Translations under genes and position numbers: made by a program
The notes under the pieces: model-generated
Told to the model about the DNA's origin: nothing
The model's database searches: none
The model's input: the letters and a program-made list of their open reading frames with translations, nothing else
NCBI GenBank assembly: GCA_903864935.1
Contig: CAIPHT010000006.1
Coordinates: 37,129 to 101,128 of the forward strand
DNA from: Candidatus Vogelbacteria bacterium
Lineage (GTDB): Bacteria; Patescibacteriota; Minisyncoccia; Phycocordibacterales; XYD1-FULL-46-19
Reading direction: 5' to 3'
DNA: 64,000 nt
Shown: positions 9,149 to 18,857 of the stretch, piece after piece
How positions within the stretch are numbered: the first letter of the stretch is position 1
Layout: each line of letters begins with the position of its first letter

Positions 9149-10180
9149 ATGAATATATTATATAAAGATATAACAAAGAAGCTTCTGGCTGAATTGCCAG
9201 TTCGCAGTCGTGATGTTCTCACCAAACGTTATGGTTTGGGCAAGGTCTCCAAGCGCGAGACACTTGAGGCTATTGGCGGTGAATACAAGATCACCCGCGA
9301 GCGTGTTCGTCAGATCGAAGCCTTTGCTATTAATCTTATTAAGAAATCCAAGTCTTATGCCGGCGCCGAAGCCGCTTTTACCCAACTCAAGAAATCTATG
9401 GACGAGTTTGGAGGTGTCGTTCACGAGCAAATGTTCCTCGAATCTCTCGCCAAGGACAAGACAACTCAGAACCATATTCACTTCATCTTGGTTGTCTCTG
9501 ATGCCTTTACTAAACTCAAAGAGGACGAGAACTTCCATTACCGTTGGACCACCAACCCTGATCTTGCCGTTAAAGTTCATCAATCATTACAAAATCTCTG
9601 CTCCAACTTCTCTGAGGGCGACCTCGTATCCGAACCAGAGCTCGTCAACAAGTTCTTGGTTGAACTCAAGAGTGTCAAAGACACCTCTGATGATCCTAAG
9701 GTTGACCGTTTTGCCAACAAGTGGCTCTCGCTATCCAAACTCTTAGCCAAGAATCCGCTTGGCGAATGGGGTCTCGCTGCTTCGCCTAATATCCGTATGC
9801 GCGGTATCCGCGATTACGCCTACTTGGTTCTCCGTCAGAACAAAGCGCCGATGCATTTTGCTGAGGTTGCCAAAATGATCAACAAAACTTTCCACCGTGA
9901 GGCTCATCCTGCCACCTGTCACAACGAATTGATTAAGGACAACCGTTTTGTTCTCGTTGGTCGTGGTCTCTACGCGCTCACCGAATGGGGTTACTCTAAG
10001 GGCACCGTTATTGAAGTTATCCAACGTCTGATCAAAGAGAATGGCCCCCTAACTCGTGACGAAGTCTTAGCTAAAGTGTTGAAAGAGCGCCAAGTGAAGA
10101 GCAACACTATCCTCGTTAATCTTCAGAATCCTAAATTCTTCAAGAAAAATTCTGACGGCAAGTTTGCTATTGCGAAGTAA
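9149..10180 (+). CDS. Sigma-70 region-4 HTH plus HARE-HTH/RNAP-delta-like DNA-binding protein
   Basis: TLEAIGGEYKITRERVRQIE; C-terminal RFVLVGRGLYALTEWGY. Confidence 0.75.
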   Translation: MNILYKDITKKLLAELPVRSRDVLTKRYGLGKVSKRETLEAIGGEYKITRERVRQIEAFAINLIKKSKSYAGAEAAFTQLKKSMDEFGGVVHEQMFLESLAKDKTTQNHIHFILVVSDAFTKLKEDENFHYRWTTNPDLAVKVHQSLQNLCSNFSEGDLVSEPELVNKFLVELKSVKDTSDDPKVDRFANKWLSLSKLLAKNPLGEWGLAASPNIRMRGIRDYAYLVLRQNKAPMHFAEVAKMINKTFHREAHPATCHNELIKDNRFVLVGRGLYALTEWGYSKGTVIEVIQRLIKENGPLTRDEVLAKVLKERQVKSNTILVNLQNPKFFKKNSDGKFAIAK

Positions 10181-10192
10181 ACCCCTCCTTTC

Positions 10193-10236
10193 TCCCGCCA
10201 GACCTTAAGTGAGCCCAAGGTCTGGCGGGTTTTTTG
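10193..10236 (+). terminator. Intrinsic terminator with AAGTGAGCCC loop
   Basis: cccgccagaccttaagtgagcccaaggtctggcggg followed by a T-run. Confidence 0.8.
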
Positions 10237-10258
10237 TCATTAATGTATAATAAAGTTA

Positions 10259-11461
10259 ATGCAAGTTGTTTTTTGGGCTCTCACTTATTTTGTTTATTTT
10301 CTGCCCTTCGCTTTAGCCTATCTGACGTGGGTATTTTATCTGTACTATATCAGAGAAAAATATATCAACGACGAGCCCCGCATTCTGCTCGAGATCAAAA
10401 TTCCTAAAGAAGTAACTAAGTCGCCCAAAGCGATGGAACTTTTTTATGAAGTGATGGAGCAAGGCTACGAAGGTGAGTTGATCGACCGATACATCAAGGG
10501 GAGCATACGTGGCTGGTTTTCAATGGAGCTAGTCTCGATTGGCGGACAAATTCATTTCTATTTTAATATCCCAAAATTTTTCCAAAATGTGATTGAGGCT
10601 CGACTCTACTCTCAATATCCAGAGGTGGAGATAAGTTTAGTGGAGCAAGATTATACTAAAGAGGTCACCTTCGGCCAGCCCGGCTCACCGTGGGATGTGA
10701 AAATTTGGGAATATGTTTTGGATGAGAAAGATGAGGCTCTGCCTATCAAGACCTATATCGATTACGAGATGGACCGCGACCCTAAAGAAGAATTCAAGAT
10801 CGAACCAATGACTCCAATGTTAGAATTTTTGGCCTCAGTTAAGCCTTTTGAGCGCGTCTGGATCCAGATCATGATTATGGCCGCAAAAAAACGAGTACCA
10901 ATGTATAACGACAAAGACAAGAAAACTGAAATGGTAACTTGGAACAAGAAAGGTAAAGAATTAGTAGAAAAGTTATCCAGACGTGATACCAAAGAAAGCG
11001 ACTTAGCCAAAGCCTGGACCAAAAATGTAAGCACCGATGCCGAGCGAGATGCGCTCAAGTCTGTTCAACGCAATCTAAACAAAATACCATTTGATGTCGG
11101 GATACGCGCCGTCTACGCCTCAAGCCAAGGTTTGAAGCCGGCAACAGGGGTAGGTCTTAATTCATCTTTCAAACAATATGGCTCTAATAATCTAAATCGC
11201 TTCAAGGCTAAGATCCAAACCAGTTATGACAACCCTTGGCAAGATCCTTGGGGTTGGCGGGCCAAGCGTTTGCAACTTAGGCACTTCCAATATTATTGCA
11301 ATCGTTCTTATTTCTATCCTCCAGCAAGTAAAAAACCAATCGGACTCTCCACAGAAGAATTAGCCACCATCTACCACTTCCCAAGTAGCACCGCCAGCAC
11401 CCCAACTCTTGGCCGTATCCCATCCAAGCGTGGCGAACCACCAGAGAATTTGCCAATTTAA
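10259..11461 (+). CDS. Conserved CPR-type membrane-anchored protein resembling the N-terminal region of TraG/VirD4-associated proteins
   Basis: N-terminal TM; LLEIKIP...KSPKAME, WFSMELVS, LYSQYPEVEI, EELATIYHFP motifs. Confidence 0.55.
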   Translation: MQVVFWALTYFVYFLPFALAYLTWVFYLYYIREKYINDEPRILLEIKIPKEVTKSPKAMELFYEVMEQGYEGELIDRYIKGSIRGWFSMELVSIGGQIHFYFNIPKFFQNVIEARLYSQYPEVEISLVEQDYTKEVTFGQPGSPWDVKIWEYVLDEKDEALPIKTYIDYEMDRDPKEEFKIEPMTPMLEFLASVKPFERVWIQIMIMAAKKRVPMYNDKDKKTEMVTWNKKGKELVEKLSRRDTKESDLAKAWTKNVSTDAERDALKSVQRNLNKIPFDVGIRAVYASSQGLKPATGVGLNSSFKQYGSNNLNRFKAKIQTSYDNPWQDPWGWRAKRLQLRHFQYYCNRSYFYPPASKKPIGLSTEELATIYHFPSSTASTPTLGRIPSKRGEPPENLPI

Positions 11462-11465
11462 TTTT

Positions 11466-12440
11466 ATGACTGAAGAAAGAAAACCCCTATCAGCCTGGGC
11501 AAAATTGGGCTTAACCATAATAATCACCGCGACCAGTGCCTTGGCCTTATTTGTTGTCTTGGCCGTTTTCCCGCCACGCAATTTCCCAGCCAACTCCTTC
11601 ATCCATGTTGACCGCGGTAAGACCGTCACCATGATTGGCCAAGAACTTAAAGCGAAGGGGATTATTCGCTCCGTTACCGCCTTTAAATTTTTCACCGTCC
11701 TCTTAGGTGGTGAGAAGCGAATGCAAGTCGGAACATATTTCTTCAGGCAACCAAGCTCGGTTATTAATGTCGCCCTTAAGATTACCAATCGCTTCTTAGG
11801 GATTAAGCCTTATCGAGTAACAGTGACCGAAGGTCTGTCAAATGAAAAAATTGCCAATCTCTTAGCCAAACAAATTCCCCATTTCGATAAAAAAGATTTT
11901 CTCGAGAAAACCAAGGGTTCGGAGGGTAAACTTTTTCCCGACACCTATTTCTTCTCGCCCCTCGACAATGTCGATGACATAATTTTTGAGATGAGCCAGA
12001 GCTGGCAAGAACAGACTAAAGATATTCGCGCCGAGACCCTCTTCTCGGGCAAATCTTTTGACGACATCTTAACCATGGCCTCAATTATTGAGAGAGAAAC
12101 GAGAACGGCCGAAGATCGGCGCCTCGTTAGCGGCATTCTTTGGAAGCGAATGAGTCTGGGTATGCCCCTGCAAGTTGATGCGACTTTCGAATATTACACC
12201 AAATATAATACTTATACGATAACCAAAGCCGAGATGAAGAAAGATTCGCCTTATAATACCTATACCAACAAGGGTCTACCGCCCACACCAATAGCCAACC
12301 CCGGCCTCGATTCGATCATTGCCGCCCTCCATCCAACCCAAACAGATTATCTCTATTATCTTACCGGCCGTGATGGCAAAATGTATTATGCCACCGATTT
12401 TGCTGGACATAAGAAGAATCGTCGCTTATATTTGGACTAA
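11466..12440 (+). CDS. mltG: Endolytic transglycosylase MltG
   Basis: EGKLFPDTY, MASIIERE, LQVDAT, SPYNTY...GLPPTPIANPG. ATG at 11466. Confidence 0.93.
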   Translation: MTEERKPLSAWAKLGLTIIITATSALALFVVLAVFPPRNFPANSFIHVDRGKTVTMIGQELKAKGIIRSVTAFKFFTVLLGGEKRMQVGTYFFRQPSSVINVALKITNRFLGIKPYRVTVTEGLSNEKIANLLAKQIPHFDKKDFLEKTKGSEGKLFPDTYFFSPLDNVDDIIFEMSQSWQEQTKDIRAETLFSGKSFDDILTMASIIERETRTAEDRRLVSGILWKRMSLGMPLQVDATFEYYTKYNTYTITKAEMKKDSPYNTYTNKGLPPTPIANPGLDSIIAALHPTQTDYLYYLTGRDGKMYYATDFAGHKKNRRLYLD

Positions 12441-13636
12441 TGTCCACAAAAAAACAACAACGGGTATTTGTCGGTATGAGTGGCGGAGTAGACAGCTCGG
12501 TCTCGGCCGCTTTGCTTAAGCAGGCCGGTTATGAAGTAATTGGCGTTTTTATCCGTGTCTGGGAACCGGCCGGTTTTGTTTGCAACTGGAAGGAAGAGCG
12601 ACGCTGGGCGAGACGAGTAGCGGCCCACTTAGACATCCCCTTACTTACCCTCGATTTAAGCAGGGAATATAAAAAGAGAGTTGTTGATTATTTTATCTCT
12701 GAATATAAAGCTGGGCGAACACCAAATCCTGACGTGATGTGTAATAAGCATATCAAATTTGGTGTTTTCTATGATTGGGCAATGGCTCACGGTGCCGATT
12801 TTGTGGCAACGGGACACTACTCTCGCGTCGAAAAAACGCGAGAATTATCAATGATCAATTCTCAATTTTCTCAAGCCCCGGTTTCCCGAGGTGAGTCCTC
12901 AAGTGCTGTGCCCCTCGAAGCCCTTGGGCGAAGTGGGGAGCCCGAGGTCTCACCTCAAGAGGGGCTTGTTCTAGAAATTGCCAAAGACTTAAACAAGGAC
13001 CAATCATACTTCCTCTGGAATCTTAAAACCGAGCAACTCTCTAAAATCCTTTTCCCAATTGGCCAATACACCAAACCTGAAGTGCGCAAACTCGCAACAA
13101 AATTCAAACTCCCCACCGCCCTTAAAAAAGACAGTCAGGGTTTATGTTTTGTTGGCAAAATTGATTTCAAAGATTTTTTAAAACGCGAGATTAAAGAAAA
13201 AGAGGGAAATGTCTTAAATGAAAGAGGGGAAGTAATAGGCAAGCATGAAGGGGCCACCTTTTTTACCATTGGCGAAAGACATGGCTTCGAAATTAGCACC
13301 AAATCACCAAGTGAATTGCCTTATTACATCATTGCCAAAGATATTAAGAAAAATACTCTCACTGTCTCAAACAAAAATAATCAAGGGCGTGCCTTGATTA
13401 CGGAAATAAAAATAGAAAAAACAAATTGGATTTCTGATCCCCAAAAGCTACCAACTAAAAGCTACCAACTAAAAGCTAGGGTCCGCTACCGTCAACCCCT
13501 CCAAAAATGCTCACTGTTAATAGTTGATGGTCAATCGTCAATAGTCACTTTCGACCAACCCCAAATCGCCGCCCCCGGCCAATCGCTTATCTTATATCAT
13601 AAGGATATCTGCCTCGGCGGGGGAATTATTGCCTAA
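12440..13636 (+). CDS. mnmA: tRNA 2-thiouridine(34) synthase
   Basis: GMSGGVDSS, TPNPDVMCN, ATGHY, KDQSYFL, DSQGLCF, APGQS. Confidence 0.97.
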   Translation: MSTKKQQRVFVGMSGGVDSSVSAALLKQAGYEVIGVFIRVWEPAGFVCNWKEERRWARRVAAHLDIPLLTLDLSREYKKRVVDYFISEYKAGRTPNPDVMCNKHIKFGVFYDWAMAHGADFVATGHYSRVEKTRELSMINSQFSQAPVSRGESSSAVPLEALGRSGEPEVSPQEGLVLEIAKDLNKDQSYFLWNLKTEQLSKILFPIGQYTKPEVRKLATKFKLPTALKKDSQGLCFVGKIDFKDFLKREIKEKEGNVLNERGEVIGKHEGATFFTIGERHGFEISTKSPSELPYYIIAKDIKKNTLTVSNKNNQGRALITEIKIEKTNWISDPQKLPTKSYQLKARVRYRQPLQKCSLLIVDGQSSIVTFDQPQIAAPGQSLILYHKDICLGGGIIA

Positions 13637-13729
13637 ATTTGACGAAAAGAAATTAAGAGAGTTTACTTAAATCAGACAGCGAGGTGTTCTCGCGCAAAAG
13701 AAAAGGGCTCAAAAAGGGAGGAAAAACCC

Positions 13730-13966
13730 ATGAGCAACGATGATAACTTTACCCCGCCGTTCATCCCGTTCGGGGAAACAAATTCGGCTGACCCAAAAGG
13801 GGAGACCGATATCCTCAGACCCGGCAGTGTATTTGGCCCTCCGGGGTCAACAATCGGCCAGCTTCAAGCTGACAGGTTCCAGCGGATTCTCGGTGGAGAT
13901 CTTTCCCGAGAAGAATTAAAGGGAACGGACATCGAGAGATTCCGGAGGGCGAAGCATGGATTGTGA
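13730..13966 (+). CDS. Small hypothetical protein, cassette 1
   Basis: TTGACG promoter, SD GGGAGG, terminator at 13983-14023. Confidence 0.65.
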   Translation: MSNDDNFTPPFIPFGETNSADPKGETDILRPGSVFGPPGSTIGQLQADRFQRILGGDLSREELKGTDIERFRRAKHGL

Positions 13967-13982
13967 TGCTTTGTCTTTCCCG

Positions 13983-14023
13983 GCCCCCGACACGCACCAG
14001 CGTTGTCGGGGGCAGTTTTGTTT
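13983..14023 (+). terminator. Duplicated terminator, copy 1
   Basis: gcccccgacacgcaccagcgttgtcgggggcagttttgttt; 40/41 identical to 14502-14542. Confidence 0.85.
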
Positions 14024-14112
14024 GACTATTTTCATTACTAAGCGTTTAATCAATTTAGAAGCGAGGTGTTCTCGCGAAACAAAAAAGCTCAAACAAGGGA
14101 GGAAAACAACCC

Positions 14113-14484
14113 ATGAGCAATAGTATGAAAGTAGTTACGTTCGGAAGGAGTATCCTTTCCGGCGTCATCTTTTGCGAGATAGGAGGAACAGTTGCTTTCG
14201 CCAAAAAAGCGGGCCCCCAACCTAAGGAGGGAGAAACCTGGGAGGTAATACCTCACCGGAACGGGGATGACGGAACTTACTTCCTCCTTGAACTCCTTAA
14301 GAAAATTGAGGAGGGCCCTAAGTCCCCCTCTGTCGAAGAGATCCTTGGGACCATCAACTTCGACGGCAATGGCCCCGGTCCCGAAGGGCCACCTGAACTG
14401 CCGGAGGACTTCGACGCCGGTGGCGTTATCGAACCGAGTGACCGCCCCTGGGATGGTGGAGTTCACCGACGCTTACCAATCTGA
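14113..14484 (+). CDS. Small hypothetical protein, cassette 2
   Basis: Same leader, SD and terminator as cassette 1. Confidence 0.65.
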   Translation: MSNSMKVVTFGRSILSGVIFCEIGGTVAFAKKAGPQPKEGETWEVIPHRNGDDGTYFLLELLKKIEEGPKSPSVEEILGTINFDGNGPGPEGPPELPEDFDAGGVIEPSDRPWDGGVHRRLPI

Positions 14485-14501
14485 ACCCGGTTTCTTTCGT
14501 T

Positions 14502-14542
14502 GCCCCCGACACGCATCAGCGTTGTCGGGGGCAGTTTTGTTT
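14502..14542 (+). terminator. Duplicated terminator, copy 2
   Basis: gcccccgacacgcatcagcgttgtcgggggcagttttgttt. Confidence 0.85.
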
Positions 14543-14650
14543 ATTCAAAAAACCCTTATTTGTCGAAGTCCAACTTCGTAAACTATACAAAACTGTTAAT
14601 AAGTGACAAATATTTTTATTTTTGGCTATTTTTTGTTACTATATTAGACA

Positions 14651-16480
14651 ATGACATCTGAAGAAATCCGGCAAAAGTTCTTAGACTTTTTCGAACAAAG
14701 GGGGCACAAGATAGTGCCTTCGGCTTCGCTTATCCCTAGTACTTACGGCGACGAGGGGACTCTCTTCACCACGGCGGGGATGCAACCCATGATTCCTTAC
14801 TTACTAGGCAAAGCCCACCCCGAAGGTGTAAGAATTGCCGACGTGCAGAAATGTCTGCGCACAATTGACATCGATGACGTGGGTGACAACAGGCATAATA
14901 CTTTTTTCGAAATGTTGGGTAATTGGTCACTTGGTGATTATTTTAAAGCTGAGTCCATCCCTTGGAGTTTCGATTTTCTCACTAACAAAGAATATGGCTT
15001 GGGTCTCGACCCGGCTAGATTTTACGTTACCGTCTTTAAAGGTCAAGAGGCCACCGCCGAAGGCGGGGCAAGCATCCCGCGCGACGAAGAATCAATCAAA
15101 ATCTGGCAAGAAGTTTTTGCTAAATATAATATTTCTAATGAAGTGGCGGGCGAAGACGGAGTTGTTAAAGAAGGAGTAAGAATAATCCCACTTGGTGTTG
15201 ATGACAACTTCTGGATTGCCGGTAATTCTGGCCCCTGCGGTGGAGATACTGAGATTTTTTATGATGTCTACCCGAACGACAAAGTCGGGCGGGCCAACCC
15301 AGAAGGTAATTTTAATGACCTCGTAGACTCCTTCAGATTAATTGAGGTGTGGAATAACGTCTTCATGGAGTACAACAAGACCACAGAGGGCAAATATGAG
15401 CCTCTAGCGGCCAAAAATGTAGACACCGGCATGGGCTTAGAACGCACAACGGCCGTCGTTAATGGCAAGGACAATATTTTTGAGACAGATCTCTTTGCCC
15501 CTATTCTCAGCGAGATTAAACAACAGGTGGCCAATTTTGATGTTAAAGCTTCACGTATTGTTGCCGACCATGTGCGTACCGCTGTCTTTATGATTGCCGA
15601 CGGGGTGACTCCATCAAACACTGACCGAGGCTATATCTTAAGACGAATTATCCGTCGCGCGGTGCGTTATGCTGACAGTATGCAGGCTGACAATGAGGTC
15701 TTAAGCAAAGTGGCCTATATTGTGATTGAAAAATATAAAAAAGTTTATCCCGAACTTGAGCAAAACCGTGAGCAAATTTTTACTGAGCTAAATAAAGAGG
15801 AAGAAAAATTTAGAAAGACACTCGAGCAAGGCCTTAAAGAATTCGAGCGAGGTCAGGACCCCTTCGATCTCTACCAAACTTTTGGCTTCCCGATTGAATT
15901 AACCGAGGAATTGGCTCAAGAAAGAGGGATAACAATAGACAGAAAGAAGTTTGATGAGCAAATGATTGAGCATCAAGCTATTTCTAAGGCTGGCTCTGAG
16001 CAGAAGTTCAAAGGCGGGCTTGCCGAGCACTCCGAGCAGACGATTAAATATCATACCGCTACCCACCTCTTACACTCCGCCTTGCGACAAGTCTTGGGGA
16101 AAGAAGTTGGACAGAAGGGGAGCAACATCACCGACGAGCGTCTGCGCTTCGACTTCGCTTGGCCAAATAAATTGACCGATGCACAAAAGATTGAGGTAGA
16201 AAAAATTGTGAACGATAGCATCTCCGCCAATTTGCCCGTCTGTCGCATTGAGCTCTCTAAAGAAGAGGCCGAGAAAACCGGCGCCCTGCACTTCTTCGGT
16301 GAGAAATATGGCGACACTGTCTCGGTTTATTATATTGGTGATGGTATCGACGATGCCGTATCTAAAGAATTCTGCGGTGGCCCTCATGTCAAGAATACCG
16401 GCGCCCTCGGCCACTTCAAAATCACTAAGGAAGAGGCCTCCTCGGCCGGAGTCAGACGCATTAAAGCCATTTTGGAATAA
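14651..16480 (+). CDS. alaS: Alanine--tRNA ligase, short form lacking the C-Ala domain
   Basis: LFTTAGMQP, HNTFFEMLGNWS, DTGMGLER, HTATHLL, EFCGGPHV; ends at GVRRIKAILE. Confidence 0.97.
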   Translation: MTSEEIRQKFLDFFEQRGHKIVPSASLIPSTYGDEGTLFTTAGMQPMIPYLLGKAHPEGVRIADVQKCLRTIDIDDVGDNRHNTFFEMLGNWSLGDYFKAESIPWSFDFLTNKEYGLGLDPARFYVTVFKGQEATAEGGASIPRDEESIKIWQEVFAKYNISNEVAGEDGVVKEGVRIIPLGVDDNFWIAGNSGPCGGDTEIFYDVYPNDKVGRANPEGNFNDLVDSFRLIEVWNNVFMEYNKTTEGKYEPLAAKNVDTGMGLERTTAVVNGKDNIFETDLFAPILSEIKQQVANFDVKASRIVADHVRTAVFMIADGVTPSNTDRGYILRRIIRRAVRYADSMQADNEVLSKVAYIVIEKYKKVYPELEQNREQIFTELNKEEEKFRKTLEQGLKEFERGQDPFDLYQTFGFPIELTEELAQERGITIDRKKFDEQMIEHQAISKAGSEQKFKGGLAEHSEQTIKYHTATHLLHSALRQVLGKEVGQKGSNITDERLRFDFAWPNKLTDAQKIEVEKIVNDSISANLPVCRIELSKEEAEKTGALHFFGEKYGDTVSVYYIGDGIDDAVSKEFCGGPHVKNTGALGHFKITKEEASSAGVRRIKAILE

Positions 16481-16484
16481 TAAA

Positions 16485-17009
16485 ATGAAAGAATCTTGGG
16501 AAGGAGAATTTCAACATTTTATCAGAAACGAAGACGAAGCTGATTTGCTTTGGTTTACAGTAGAAATGGTAATAAAAGAAGCTGGCAAAAAAGAATTACT
16601 GGCTAACCCAAAAATATTAGATATTGGCGGAAGACAAGGAGAATTTTCTAAATTTTTAAATAGTAAAGGAATAAAAGCTGTTAGTATTGATTTACTAAAA
16701 GTCGACCATAACCAAGGAGCAGAACAGGTCCAGGCCAATATTCATAAATTACCTTTTCAAAACGAGAGTTTTAATATTATTGTTGCTAATAGCGTCTTTG
16801 ATGATTTGCTTTATAAATTTAATTATTCAACCGTAATCAAAGAGATTGCTAGGGTTTTGGAACCCAATGGTATTTTTATTATGCTAGCTAGTGCTATTAA
16901 TAGCCACAAAGTCCCAGAATTAAGCGAGTATTTTTCTAGAATTGACACTCCTTTTACAAAAAATTTGGCTTTTAGCGAAGAAGAAGCAATCCTCTGGCAG
17001 AAAAAATAA
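16485..17009 (+). CDS. Class I SAM-dependent methyltransferase
   Basis: ILDIGGRQG, LPFQNESF, EIARVLEPNG. ATG at 16485. Confidence 0.85.
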   Translation: MKESWEGEFQHFIRNEDEADLLWFTVEMVIKEAGKKELLANPKILDIGGRQGEFSKFLNSKGIKAVSIDLLKVDHNQGAEQVQANIHKLPFQNESFNIIVANSVFDDLLYKFNYSTVIKEIARVLEPNGIFIMLASAINSHKVPELSEYFSRIDTPFTKNLAFSEEEAILWQKK

Positions 17010-17018
17010 ATTTTATAA

Positions 17019-17519
17019 ATGATGGAAAAAATAGAAGAACAAAAAGTTGGCCCTAAAGAGGGGAAAGAAAACGTTTTGGAAGGATTTAAGATTGGGGTTT
17101 TTGGAATAATCAGGGACGAACAAAATCGAGTTCTACTTTGTCTACGAACAGATTACGACATGTGGAATTTGCCCGGTGGCGGTTTAGAAAAAGGAGAATC
17201 ACCCTGGGACGGGACAATTCGCGAAGTCAAAGAGGAAACTGGTTTTGATGTTGAAATTGTCAGACTGGCTGGGGTTTACAGCAAACCAGATAAAAATGAA
17301 GTAATTTTTAACTTTGAGTGTCAAATTACTGGAGGAGAAGCAACGTTAAACGACGAAGCAAGAGATATCAAATGGTTTGCTTTTGATGAAATCCCTCATA
17401 ATACTTCACCCAAGCATATTGAAAGAATCAAGGACTTGCTCGAAAATAAACCTGAAACAATAATGAAAGTTCAGAGTGGCAAATCTTCAATCGAATTGAT
17501 AAAAGAAGGAAAGCTATAA
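17019..17519 (+). CDS. NUDIX hydrolase
   Basis: Nudix box GGGLEKGESPWDGTIREVKEETG. Confidence 0.92.
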   Translation: MMEKIEEQKVGPKEGKENVLEGFKIGVFGIIRDEQNRVLLCLRTDYDMWNLPGGGLEKGESPWDGTIREVKEETGFDVEIVRLAGVYSKPDKNEVIFNFECQITGGEATLNDEARDIKWFAFDEIPHNTSPKHIERIKDLLENKPETIMKVQSGKSSIELIKEGKL

Positions 17520-17560
17520 TAAAATGCCCCCGATTGAAGAATTACAACAATAAATAATCT

Positions 17561-17926
17561 ATGGAAAATCCAACTCAAAAGCTTAACGCAGAGGGAAAAG
17601 AGACATTAAAGCAAGAATATTTAGCTGATTTTATTGATTTTCGCAACAATTATCTCGACGACTTGCCAAGAGAAATTGTGGAGCAAGATGATCCCAATTT
17701 AGAGAGATATAAGTGTCGAGGAAATTTCTGGTTTGGACTTTCAAGTCGAATCATCGATCTGATAACTGAGGGAATTATTACTAGCCCTGAAGCGATAGAA
17801 AAATACCAAGAATTTTATGCTTATCAAAAAAGCCTGAAGTGGGACGGAGAAAATTTTAGGACTCAAGCTGACATCGACTATATTAATGAAATCTTAGATT
17901 TTTTTATAAAAGAATTGAGTAGCTAA
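17561..17926 (+). CDS. Hypothetical protein
   Basis: 121-aa ORF in a co-oriented AT-rich run. Confidence 0.7.
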   Translation: MENPTQKLNAEGKETLKQEYLADFIDFRNNYLDDLPREIVEQDDPNLERYKCRGNFWFGLSSRIIDLITEGIITSPEAIEKYQEFYAYQKSLKWDGENFRTQADIDYINEILDFFIKELSS

Positions 17927-17931
17927 ATAAA

Positions 17932-18804
17932 ATGACAAATTTTGATGAATTCAAGAAGCCGTTACCAAAAGATCCCAAGGAAATAAGCGATGGGATTGAC
18001 GGACTTTTGAGGCCAGCCGAATTTTTTGAGCCCAGAGACGAGGAGGATAGAGATGAAATTGATAAAAAAATAAGAGAAATTGGTTCAAAAAAGAAAGAAC
18101 CTTTTAAATTACCGACCCTTGAGGAGGCTGTGGGGATGACACCAGAGCAGGAAGAAGCTTTCCACGAACTGAGACGAGAACAAGGCAAAGAAGAGGCCCC
18201 CAATATTTTTCCTGAGCCATTTGGTGATTTAGAAGGAGATTCTCCGGCCCAAAAGAAATTCAACCGGATAATGAGAGAAAATCGAGAACAAAACACGGCG
18301 ACGAGTAAAAAAGAAGAAACAGGGGAACCTATCGAAGATAAAAGATATTCTCAAACAATAGACCCAAAGAAAGATGTTCAAGATCTTGTCGACCCAGATT
18401 TCTTGGGTGGCAGAATGATTTCTAGTGGCATCATTATTTTTTGGCCAACAATGTCTGAAGAAAATTTTCAGTCCCTAGGCTCAAACGCCCTCTCGGCTTT
18501 TGTTCACCCAATGTCTCATTACCGACAAAATTTTGAAGAAAAGCGGGACGAGTTTTTAAACATTAACGATAAAAAAGAGGTGCTATTATATTACGGAGCC
18601 GATAATTACCAAAAGATGGTTGATTTTCAGAACGGTTACGTTAAACGAATAATGGAGCTAAGCGACCCCAACCAAATAAGAAAATATGATAAGTTGGTGG
18701 ACGAATTCAATGCTGACCGAGAAAGAATTATAAAAGAAAGGGATTATGAAGGTTTACAAAAATATATTGCCAAAGTAAAGGCACTGATTAGGGAGACGAA
18801 ATAA
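17932..18804 (+). CDS. Hypothetical charged protein
   Basis: 290-aa ORF rich in E, K and D. Confidence 0.7.
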   Translation: MTNFDEFKKPLPKDPKEISDGIDGLLRPAEFFEPRDEEDRDEIDKKIREIGSKKKEPFKLPTLEEAVGMTPEQEEAFHELRREQGKEEAPNIFPEPFGDLEGDSPAQKKFNRIMRENREQNTATSKKEETGEPIEDKRYSQTIDPKKDVQDLVDPDFLGGRMISSGIIIFWPTMSEENFQSLGSNALSAFVHPMSHYRQNFEEKRDEFLNINDKKEVLLYYGADNYQKMVDFQNGYVKRIMELSDPNQIRKYDKLVDEFNADRERIIKERDYEGLQKYIAKVKALIRETK

Positions 18805-18857
18805 CTTTTGCACAGGATTTACTTAACACTTAATCTTATTCGGTGTTATAATAATAA

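Noticed and set aside
13983-14542. Integron attC sites
   Set aside because: No RYYYAAC/GTTRRRY ends and no integrase; the hairpins carry U-tracts like terminators.
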